A DNA stretch of 52,525 nucleotides from Oscillospiraceae bacterium. GTDB lineage: Bacteria; Bacillota; Clostridia; Oscillospirales; Oscillospiraceae. Positions 1-7,229 of the stretch are shown here, one piece after another. The translations under genes were made by a program, and so were the position numbers. The notes beneath the pieces are model-generated. The model was not told the DNA's origin. It worked only from the letters and a program-made list of their open reading frames with translations, and searched no databases. Every line of letters begins with the position of its first letter. Positions within the stretch are counted from its first letter, which is position 1. The stretch lies in assembly GCA_021205585.1 (NCBI GenBank), contig JAJPXI010000207.1:1-52525 (forward strand). The letters run 5' to 3'.

Positions 1-41
1 GTAAACGCAACATATCAAATGCCGGGTGTTGCGTTTACTTT
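1..41 (+). terminator. Stem-loop at the window edge, possible terminator of an upstream gene
   Basis: gtaaacgcaaca (1-12) pairs perfectly with tgttgcgtttac (27-38) and is followed by ttt. The context upstream is cut off by the window. Confidence 0.3.
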
Positions 42-88
42 GGAAATTGAGGTGCGAAAATTGAAGGGTTCAAAAATGGTTACAGGGG

Positions 89-118
89 TTGACACCGCCC
101 TCCTGCATGGGGTATAAT
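89..118 (+). promoter_or_regulatory. Near-consensus sigma-70-type promoter pointing rightward, convergent with CDS 145-870
   Basis: TTGACA at 89-94, an 18-nt spacer, TATAAT at 113-118. The -10 is enclosed by the inverted repeat accgccctc (94-102) / gagggcggt (127-135). Confidence 0.5.
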
Positions 119-144
119 CCACACAAGAGGGCGGTTAGTAGCTA

Positions 145-870
145 TCAGGTGGTGACTACAAACTCCTCACCAACCAGGCGCTGGTGCATGGCATCCGCCA
201 CAAAATCAGCCATCTTGTGAGTTCCACCATAGATGATTTTGCCCACGCCGCCATTGCGGGTCATGGATGCCCGGATGTAAGCCACGTCATGGCTATTAGC
301 TCGTACACCCGGCAGGATGCTGTCAAAGCAAGCCTGCAAAGCCTTTACACAAGAGGTTTTAGACGCAGGGTTAGCGTCCTTGCCAAAGTCGTACAGAGTG
401 GCGGCCTTCTCCACCTCATACACGAACTGCGAATTGCTACACAGTTCCTTGTTGAACGCATCGGCCATAATAAACGCCAGTGCCTGGACTTTCGTCCACC
501 AGTCGCGGCCTTCGGCAAAGTTGCCGTATCCGCACTCTCCCGCATACTTGACCAGGGATGCACGGGTTTCAGCGTCCTTGATCGTGGCGGTCATCAAGCC
601 GGTTTCCTTGTCTGTACGAAACTGCACCCGCTTGATACCCGGCACAAAGCGGTCACGCAGGATGGCCTCCACTGGCTTTTCCTGAGCGTTCCATGCCTCA
701 TACGCATCGGCGGTTGCGCTTGCGTTGTAGGCGTCAAGAGCCGCATCCACCTTATCCTTCAGGGGGTCGGTCTCGGCGGCCGGTTTGCCGCCATTCATCG
801 CCTCCACCGCTTCATCGGTGGCGGTCTGAAGCTCAACCAAAAGCTCCATAGTCGTTTTCTTAGTCTCCAT
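145..870 (-). CDS. Hypothetical protein (242 aa), Ala/Asp/Glu-rich, no family recognised
   Basis: Internal ATG of track ORF 145..1080 at 868-870, preceded by GGAGG (minus-strand reading GAAATGGAGGTATTATTATG). Composition is protein-like, unlike the antisense ORF 184..1308. Confidence 0.7.
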   Translation of the reverse strand: METKKTTMELLVELQTATDEAVEAMNGGKPAAETDPLKDKVDAALDAYNASATADAYEAWNAQEKPVEAILRDRFVPGIKRVQFRTDKETGLMTATIKDAETRASLVKYAGECGYGNFAEGRDWWTKVQALAFIMADAFNKELCSNSQFVYEVEKAATLYDFGKDANPASKTSCVKALQACFDSILPGVRANSHDVAYIRASMTRNGGVGKIIYGGTHKMADFVADAMHQRLVGEEFVVTT

Positions 871-1010
871 AATAATACCTCCATTTCTTTTTACGCCCAG
901 TGTTGGACGCATAGAAACACCTCCGACCAGCGAAAACCAGTCGGAGGCGTATGCTATACGCCCAGCCAAGAGACAAGTCTCCAAGCTGGACAAGGAATTT
1001 TTAGATACCC

Positions 1011-1136
1011 TAATCAGCCGCAAAAACCGCCGGTCAGCAGACTTTTCCACCATTGCCCCCAGGGGGAGCGCAGGCCACAAATAATCCGCCCCCAGGGGGA
1101 GCGGTTGTGTTGGAAGTATCTGCTAATCAGCCGCAA
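1011..1136. repeat. Paired short repeats in the non-coding leader upstream of CDS 145-870
   Basis: gcccccagggggagcg occurs at 1055-1070 and 1088-1103; each copy contains the palindrome cccccaggggg. taatcagccgcaa occurs at 1011-1023 and 1124-1136. Confidence 0.6.
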
Positions 1137-1693
1137 GTTGTGGCGATCAGCCTATTTTTCCCATAGGTGGGACGATATACCCAACAGACCGCAAACTTCC
1201 AAAGTCTGGTTCAGGACTGCGGTCAGGCCGCCCTCTTGCCATTATTCACCAGCTTGGCAAGCGCCGCCCGTGTCGGTCACGGGGTACCCTCATACCTTGC
1301 CCGTATGAGTAGCTTTGAGCAGGTTCGCCACGCTGTCCAGCTGTCCGCCCTTGCTGTTGCGTGGGCTGTTCGGCTGTCCGGCGGCGCTGTCCCCTGTCGC
1401 TATATAAGGGATTTTAGAGGGCAAAACCGGACACGTCAAATTGCACAAAAATAAAAAAATTTTTTGTGCGGTTTATAGTAAACAAGCTGCTTTTCTGCAC
1501 TCCGTCCATAGACTTTTTAAGCCGATCCGCTGTTTTTGCCGTCTGCAAGGCCCATCAAGCGATTTTCACGGTGTGGGAATAAGAAATACATTCGAGCCGG
1601 AAAATGGCGTGACGGCGATTTATACGGCAATTTCTAAAATAGCAATCCAGATAGACTTTATACACAAACATACAAGGTTGATGGGTTTATAGG

Positions 1694-1725
1694 GCAAAAA
1701 AAGCCGCCCCTATTGCAGGGGCGGC
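1694..1725 (-). terminator. Rho-independent terminator of the sigma-like gene
   Basis: Stem gccgcccc (1703-1710) / ggggcggc (1718-1725). On the minus strand the stem is followed by an 8-nt T-run (A-run 1695-1702 on the plus strand). It lies 8 nt after the stop codon at 1734-1736. Confidence 0.8.
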
Positions 1726-1733
1726 GGAAAAGT

Positions 1734-2660
1734 CTATCCGATTAAGGATGCACGGGCGGCGGCCTCCAACCGCTTAAACATACGGCGGATCGTACGTCCG
1801 GCCACGCCGAGACGCGTGGCAATTTCTTCCAGGGTGTACCCCTGGAGCCGGAGCCTCCACGCTATATCGTAAGATGGCCCCATCTCGAGGGCGATTACAG
1901 ATATATCCATCTCCATCTCCGCCCGGCGGAGATCATCGGCTGCGTGGGAGTCGGGGATATTATGAGCGATTGTGCCGCCCTCCCCATCATCACGGGCGGC
2001 ATCCAGTTCCGCCCACCTAGCTACACGTCCTCTAGCACCATCAATGATGGCATATAGACATGGGTATACCACTTTTTGGACTTGCAAGCTATGTAAGTCC
2101 GCAAAATTGCAGAGCCGCCCATCCACTGCAAGCTCTACTAGGGCAAGCGCGGCGGCCTGCTTAAGCTCCATCATCTCTCGACCAATCACATTTTCCAGAG
2201 GCGATAGCATCGCCTCTTTGGCCTCTAAGGTCTCTTCCAATTCCATCTTTTGGATGGAGATGCCGCCCTCATGGCGGGTGTGTTCCTCCAAAGTTTGGAA
2301 GGGGGTGTCAATGTCCCCATGCTCCAGATAGGCCCGGAGGCGGAGAATGTCCCTGTATTGGGAAACAATCTCCAGCAGCCGGGGATTGCCGGACTTAGAC
2401 GCGGCGATTTTTGCGGCCTTGACTGCGTACATCCCCGCCGCAATATCAATTGCGACGGCGGCGGTGTCGGTAATACAAGCGCCGTCGGCGGGGGCGTGGC
2501 CGCGCTGTTCGGCGGCGGGCGCGCCGCATCCATAGTGATGCCACACACGGCGGGGGGCTTTGGTGGATTTTTCCGCCTGTTGCGCGGCGTGGAAAATCTC
2601 CACCTTCTTCCTTTGCCCCATGGTGAGGGCGTTCCGGGCGTTCATGTTGATTTTTTCCAT
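1734..2660 (-). CDS. Sigma-70 region-4 / HTH-containing transcription regulator (sigma-factor-like), 308 aa
   Basis: Start ATG 2658-2660 with an AGGAAG SD (internal start of track ORF 1734..2759). The C-terminus SYDIAWRLRLQGYTLEEIATRLGVAGRTIRRMFKRLE resembles a sigma region-4 HTH. Confidence 0.6.
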   Translation of the reverse strand: MEKINMNARNALTMGQRKKVEIFHAAQQAEKSTKAPRRVWHHYGCGAPAAEQRGHAPADGACITDTAAVAIDIAAGMYAVKAAKIAASKSGNPRLLEIVSQYRDILRLRAYLEHGDIDTPFQTLEEHTRHEGGISIQKMELEETLEAKEAMLSPLENVIGREMMELKQAAALALVELAVDGRLCNFADLHSLQVQKVVYPCLYAIIDGARGRVARWAELDAARDDGEGGTIAHNIPDSHAADDLRRAEMEMDISVIALEMGPSYDIAWRLRLQGYTLEEIATRLGVAGRTIRRMFKRLEAAARASLIG

Positions 2661-2839
2661 AGTAAATACTTCCTTTCTTTGCTCCATCCAATAATGGGAT
2701 GGGCTGTTAGGTTTTTTGGTACTGTTGATATTGTAGCAGATGTAATTGTATATATCCATATGGCACTTTACACAAAGTTTCTGTTAATTTTTAGTTTATT
2801 CTTTATTCAACTTGTCTATTTTTCAGGGAGGTATTTACA

Positions 2840-3052
2840 GTGTATGACATTGATAAACAATTAAAGAGACAATCGGAGTTTAATAAGACAAATTATGACA
2901 AAATAGGTATAAATGTGTATAAAGGAAATAGAGAGAAATTAAAGGAACTTGCTTCCATCCATGGTCAATCTATGAATGATTACATTATACAAGCAATCGA
3001 GGAAAGAGTGACCAGGGATGGAGATGAATGGGAGAATAAGAAAATGATGTAA
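2840..3052 (+). CDS. Ribbon-helix-helix (CopG/Arc/antitoxin-like) DNA-binding protein, 70 aa
   Basis: GTG start 8 nt after GGGAGG. The segment IGINVYKGNREKLKELASIHGQSMNDYIIQAIEERV fits a beta-strand plus two helices, the RHH pattern. Confidence 0.65.
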   Translation: MYDIDKQLKRQSEFNKTNYDKIGINVYKGNREKLKELASIHGQSMNDYIIQAIEERVTRDGDEWENKKMM

Positions 3053-3321
3053 AGTCTGTGGACTATCGAACAGATGTTCGAGTGCTGGTGGAGGATCGGG
3101 AGTTTTGTTATTGAACGGAAGTTTTGGTTATCAAGTGATAACTTTTCAAAATTATGTAAACTATGTTCAGTTTTATACTTTAGCACGTTAAAGTGTTAAA
3201 GTATAGCTATGTGATAAATTCTCACTTCAGAACATAGGATTCACCAAAATACTCCATAACTGTTACCCAGGCCCTATTTTTGGTATTTTGATGGGGCTGT
3301 CTTCCAGAATATTGTATGTGT

Positions 3322-3716
3322 TACCCTCTCTCACACCCACCACTCAAAAACTAAAACTTCTCCTCACCTCTCCCCGCCCCCACCGTCCGAACAAACGACG
3401 ATTCCGATTTTGGAGGGGTTCGGCAGGCGCTGGCCGAAGCGAAAAGTTTGAAATCCGGAAACGACATGACGGCCAGCTTGGTTTGTGGGTGTTCGAGAGC
3501 TGGTCGAGATCCAGCGGCCAAAAATGGGTAGACAGTATCGAGACCAGCGATATGAGCTGGCCGGGTTCAGGAAACCAGAGACGTAGATTATCTATCGAGG
3601 CCAGCGAGTAATTCAAGACTTTTATTTCTTTTTATTTATTTAAAATAGTTTGCAGGTTTTGATGATTCTTTATTTGTTTTATGATGTTTTCAATAATTAT
3701 TAAAAATGATGTTAAT
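3322..3716. other. Candidate replication origin or regulatory hub: G-free tract, iteron-like repeats and an AT-rich block
   Basis: A G-free pyrimidine-rich run of about 55 nt starts near 3323. tcgagRccagcg occurs three times (3504-3517, 3536-3550, 3593-3607), and ggccagc/gctggcc 7-mers are scattered in both orientations. A strongly AT-rich stretch of about 110 nt follows at 3608-3716. No credible ORF is present. Confidence 0.35.
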
Positions 3717-4135
3717 TAGCTGCTGGCCGCAGGGTCGCAGTACCACCCGGCAACAGGAGCCAAACTCAGCTTGGTACCGGGTACGATGATTGGTAGCTCC
3801 TACCAAACTTCCACCCTGCTCCCCTGCTTTCCCCGTTACTGTTGGAGGTACCCAACATTTACCAAGTTCGTAATTACGGGGTACTGCGTAGCAGTATGGC
3901 GACGGTAGAATGTAGAAGGCGAGGTTGCCACGCCCGCCTGCTCGTTGCTGAGTGGGGCGCACTCTTGCGCCCAGTACCACGTTGCAGTCTTGATGAGGTT
4001 CTACGGGTACCAGGTACAGTAGACGTAGGATGGTGGTTCTGTTCAACCTTGCTGGATGGTATAGATCGGGATACAATGGTAGAAAGTTTATGAAAGACAA
4101 TGGTGCAATGTAAACCACCCGTTTCTGCGATACTA
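3717..4135. ncRNA. Candidate large structured RNA of unknown class; strand undetermined
   Basis: The GC-rich segment has nested hairpins: ttggtag-ctc-ctaccaa, gttgg-aggtac-ccaac enclosed by ccccgt/acgggg, and gggcgca-ctct-tgcgccc. A long-range pairing cgcagtacc/ggtactgcg is also possible. The only ORFs here (3690..4313 minus, 3842..4093 plus) are W/C/R-rich and lack an SD. Confidence 0.3.
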
Positions 4136-4158
4136 AATTGTTTTTAGGAACGCTCTCG

Positions 4159-4182
4159 AAAAAAACCAGCATTTTCAATGCT
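4159..4182 (-). terminator. Possible minus-strand rho-independent terminator
   Basis: Minus-strand reading: agcatt-gaa-aatgct, then gg and a 7-nt T-run. No minus-strand gene upstream of it is evident. Confidence 0.3.
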
Positions 4183-4345
4183 TTCAACCACCCTAAAATC
4201 CATTTTGGCCATTCCGATGGTCTACAAAATAATTTTGGCCACCTCCCTATTTTAGTGCTAACACCGACCGATCGACCTGGCCTGGCTGCTGAGTATTCTT
4301 CCAAATCATTCACAAATTATTTACACTTTTCCACTTCCCGACCTG

Positions 4346-4375
4346 TTGACAATACTTGACCTGGTGTGGTACAAT
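4346..4375 (+). promoter_or_regulatory. Strong sigma-70-type early promoter with extended -10
   Basis: TTGACA at 4346-4351, an 18-nt spacer ending in TGg, TACAAT at 4370-4375. It heads the rightward gene block that starts about 200 nt downstream. Confidence 0.65.
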
Positions 4376-4529
4376 ATGCTTAGGAGATCTCGTGGTCTTC
4401 TGAGTTTCCAAGCTGTGGATTAAAACAACTACTCCTTTCTTTTCTCCCGCTTTGTGGGTGGCGGTTGATTGTGTGCGATCTTGTCAGCTACGGTGCTCCT
4501 GATTCCGCGAGATTTTCTCTGAGCGGCTT

Positions 4530-4551
4530 AACCTACATTTATACCCGGATT
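4530..4551 (+). promoter_or_regulatory. Copy 1 of a conserved 22-nt element (aacctRcatttatacccggatt)
   Basis: aacctacatttatacccggatt lies about 30 nt upstream of the AGGAGG of the NTPase gene. It matches 6109-6130 at 21 of 22 positions. Confidence 0.5.
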
Positions 4552-4631
4552 GAGCAATACTATTTTTTTTAGGAGGAATTTATCTGCAAAATCTTTTACG
4601 CGAAAACTCATTCGACCACCGAGTTATCAAC

Positions 4632-5897
4632 GTGGTCGACGCACCTATGGGCGCTGGCAAAAGCCAGGCCGCTATCGAATACATCAACAACCTGCCGCCT
4701 GGTGAGCGAGTGGTCTACACCGCCATCTACAACGATGAGGCTGAACGAATCCAAAAGGGTTGCCCTGATGCGAAAATGTACTTTCCTGAGCATGAGGAAC
4801 ATTCGGGCAAGACGAAGTGGCCTTTGATCGAGCGAGCTATCAAAAGAGGTGAGAATGTTGCTTGTACACACCAAGCCCTCCCTTTCTTTAGTCCTGAGAC
4901 GCTGGATTTCGTGGCGTATGGGAATTATACCCTAATTATTGATGAATCTTACGACGTCTTGAGACCAATTACGGCGGCCGATCGAAAGGCGTTCTTCTTC
5001 CTGCTTGATCATGAATGTCTTAATGTTGATGAGGACACTGGCCTCGTGATGTTCCGCAGCGACTTTGAAGAAAAATCATCCGATGTACTCAAAAGTAATA
5101 TTGCAACCTTAATCTCTCACGGCAATATTTATTATGTTGACGGGGATCTCATCTTCTGGACTTTCCCCGTCGGTGTTCTGGACGCTTTCAGTCGCATTAT
5201 TGTTTTGAGCTATATGCTGGACGCTCAACCGATGTACTACTATCTCTTGCACAATAAATTCCAGATAAACAATTTTGGGGTTCACAAATTTGAGGATGGT
5301 CATTATGAGTTCTGCTCTCCCGAAGATGCTGACGGATTTCCTTTCAATGTCCGGGATAAAATTGAGATTCTTCAGCGAGAAAAACTGAACAGCATTGGGG
5401 ATGGCCGGACGGACTTGTCGGTTGGGTGGTGTACTCGAACCGTCAAGATTGACGATAAGAAAGGTGTCGCCCAGCTTGGACGCAATGTCTGGAATGTGTT
5501 TAAGCATATTTACAAGTGTAAACCAACGGATTTTGCTTGGACGTGTTTTTCGAGGTATCGTAGTAAGTTTAAGAAAAAGGGTATCATCACGCGGTATATC
5601 CCCTATAACCAGCGGGCCTCCAACAAATACTCCAATGCCCACTATCTGGCTTACGCCGTGAATGTTTTCAACCAGCCGAACTGCTACAATTATTTCAAAG
5701 CTCGCGGGCTGGAAATGGACATGGACCGCTGGGCGCTCTCTGTTATGATTCAATGGATCTGGCGCAGTGCCATCCGCAACGGCGAAAAGATCTACATATA
5801 CTTACCCAGCAAGCGAATGCGGGATCTCTTAGAGGACTGGATGGACTCCCTGGAAGACAACTCCCTTGAGGCAGGCGGTGAAGAAATTGCGGTGTGA
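4632..5897 (+). CDS. P-loop NTPase, SF2-helicase-like
   Basis: Walker A DAPMGAGKS, Walker B-like LIIDESYD, motif VI-like QWIWRSAIRNG. The track start is GTG 4632, but the frame is open upstream and AGGAGG (4571-4576) sits 7 nt before an in-frame CTG at 4584, so the true start may be 4584. Confidence 0.7.
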   Translation: MVDAPMGAGKSQAAIEYINNLPPGERVVYTAIYNDEAERIQKGCPDAKMYFPEHEEHSGKTKWPLIERAIKRGENVACTHQALPFFSPETLDFVAYGNYTLIIDESYDVLRPITAADRKAFFFLLDHECLNVDEDTGLVMFRSDFEEKSSDVLKSNIATLISHGNIYYVDGDLIFWTFPVGVLDAFSRIIVLSYMLDAQPMYYYLLHNKFQINNFGVHKFEDGHYEFCSPEDADGFPFNVRDKIEILQREKLNSIGDGRTDLSVGWCTRTVKIDDKKGVAQLGRNVWNVFKHIYKCKPTDFAWTCFSRYRSKFKKKGIITRYIPYNQRASNKYSNAHYLAYAVNVFNQPNCYNYFKARGLEMDMDRWALSVMIQWIWRSAIRNGEKIYIYLPSKRMRDLLEDWMDSLEDNSLEAGGEEIAV

Positions 5898-6090
5898 TAA
5901 CTGCTGCTTCGGAGATGTATGTTCTCTGGGCGGCGACTGCCCCTACTTTTCTCCGCTGGATGAGCTGGACTTTGAGGAGGACGTGCTGTTGTCCTCCGAG
6001 CGACTAAAGCGGGATTATGACGAGTTTTTGCTTGACTGGCTTGAATATATTGGTGAGTACCGGGATTCTAGTTGGCCTGACGATGAGTAA
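5866..6090 (+). CDS. Small Cys-rich acidic hypothetical protein
   Basis: The track ORF overlaps the end of the NTPase gene. It contains CDNCCFGDVCSLGGDCPYF followed by an acidic tail. The start codon is uncertain (TTG 5866, GTG 5878 or TTG 5887). Confidence 0.4.
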   Translation: MRQAVKKLRCDNCCFGDVCSLGGDCPYFSPLDELDFEEDVLLSSERLKRDYDEFLLDWLEYIGEYRDSSWPDDE

Positions 6091-6108
6091 AATTTTTTTT
6101 GGTTTGTC

Positions 6109-6130
6109 AACCTGCATTTATACCCGGATT
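6109..6130 (+). promoter_or_regulatory. Copy 2 of the conserved 22-nt element
   Basis: aacctgcatttatacccggatt follows a T8 run and lies about 90 nt upstream of CDS 6222. It is followed by two copies of tttgcgggcgac (about 6130-6141 and 6176-6187). Confidence 0.5.
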
Positions 6131-6221
6131 TTGCGGGCGACCGATTGTGAATAATGCCGTCGTGATTTGCGATGAATTTGCGGGCGACACAAATGTCGCT
6201 CTCAGGAAAGGATAGATTATT

Positions 6222-6467
6222 TTGAGTGAGATTGTTGTAAGCAGAAAGGATTACCTGGTCGAGCTGGTCAAGGCTGCCGGGCAGGAAATTATTGACCGGG
6301 CGGAGGATGTTGTCGGCGAGGGCGGGCAGATTTCTGACCTTACACTTTGGGTCAACTTTCCCGCTGGCGAGGTTCCGACCATTGAGGTTCAGCGCGAACA
6401 CCTGATTACGAACTCTTTTGATCTGATTGGGCCGTTGACAGTAAGGAGGAGACCGTGTGAGATATAA
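6222..6467 (+). CDS. Hypothetical protein (81 aa)
   Basis: TTG start after aggaaagga. The ORF is co-oriented with and overlaps the next gene. Confidence 0.5.
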   Translation: MSEIVVSRKDYLVELVKAAGQEIIDRAEDVVGEGGQISDLTLWVNFPAGEVPTIEVQREHLITNSFDLIGPLTVRRRPCEI

Positions 6468-6870
6468 GAAAACGGACGGCAGTGGGATTGTGTACAATTC
6501 GATAACCGAGGCGATTGACGATTTTTGCAGCGAACATAATCGCTGCGCTGGATGCCCGCTGGAAGATATGGCATTAGTGTCCATTAACGAGGATTGCTGC
6601 GGCTGGGCAAGAAGAAACCCGGAACGGACCGCCGAACTGATGGGTCTTATTGCTATTCCAGACGTTGCCGGTGCTAAGCCGCCGCTTGGTGTAGCGCCGT
6701 ATTGGGCTGTTGCCCAGGACAGAATCGACGAGCTGGCGCAGGCAATTCAGCGATACGCACACGATCGAGATGGCTACAAAGAGATCCGTGGCTGGGCGGC
6801 TGAGATTGTCGAGCAGTGTGACCTGCTTCATTATATGAGCGTTGAGTATGAGGAGGGTGAACGTGGATAA
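6457..6870 (+). CDS. Hypothetical protein (137 aa)
   Basis: GTG start 7 nt after AAGGAGG (6443-6449). Confidence 0.6.
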   Translation: MRYKKTDGSGIVYNSITEAIDDFCSEHNRCAGCPLEDMALVSINEDCCGWARRNPERTAELMGLIAIPDVAGAKPPLGVAPYWAVAQDRIDELAQAIQRYAHDRDGYKEIRGWAAEIVEQCDLLHYMSVEYEEGERG

Positions 6871-7207
6871 ACCGTTACCCGATTGGACGCTACGGGAGGC
6901 CAGGGCATATTGCAAAGCGCAACACTGTGAAGACTGTCAGATGCACGGGGACGACTCGTGGAGCTGTAAAATTAACAACCCCACCAACTGGGATTTGTCG
7001 GGGTGGTCGAAGTACACCCCTGAGGAAATTGCCTTGGCGAAGTTGTTGTTGAGGACCGGGCTTGAGACGGTGGAGCGCGACGGGTTCGCTGGACTGTCAC
7101 TATACGGAAATGGCGAGTGGAACAGCCGGTTGCCCGGAGAAGCCTTTCCGTCGGTTGCGCTTGGAGAAATGGTGTCGCTGAAAGATATAGCGGAGTCGGA
7201 AGAATAA
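6863..7207 (+). CDS. Hypothetical Cys-containing protein
   Basis: In-frame GTG 6863 lies 6 nt after AGGAGG (6851-6856). The track ORF begins at TTG 6842. Confidence 0.55.
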   Translation: MDKPLPDWTLREARAYCKAQHCEDCQMHGDDSWSCKINNPTNWDLSGWSKYTPEEIALAKLLLRTGLETVERDGFAGLSLYGNGEWNSRLPGEAFPSVALGEMVSLKDIAESEE

Positions 7208-7229
7208 AAATTTAAGGAGGATTTACATA

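Noticed and set aside
184-1308. A 374-aa plus-strand ORF, the longest ORF in the left kilobase
   Set aside because: It is antisense to the SD-supported gene 145-870 and has no SD. Its R/H/C/G/P-rich composition is typical of a shadow ORF, and it runs on through repeat-filled non-coding DNA.
3288-4313. ORFs 3288..3611 (+), 3344..3616 (-), 3690..4313 (-, 207 aa) and 3842..4093 (+) in the ORF-poor region
   Set aside because: None has an SD. Their compositions are implausible (W/C/R/P-rich), and they overlap iteron-like repeats or hairpin-dense sequence. I treat the region as non-coding.
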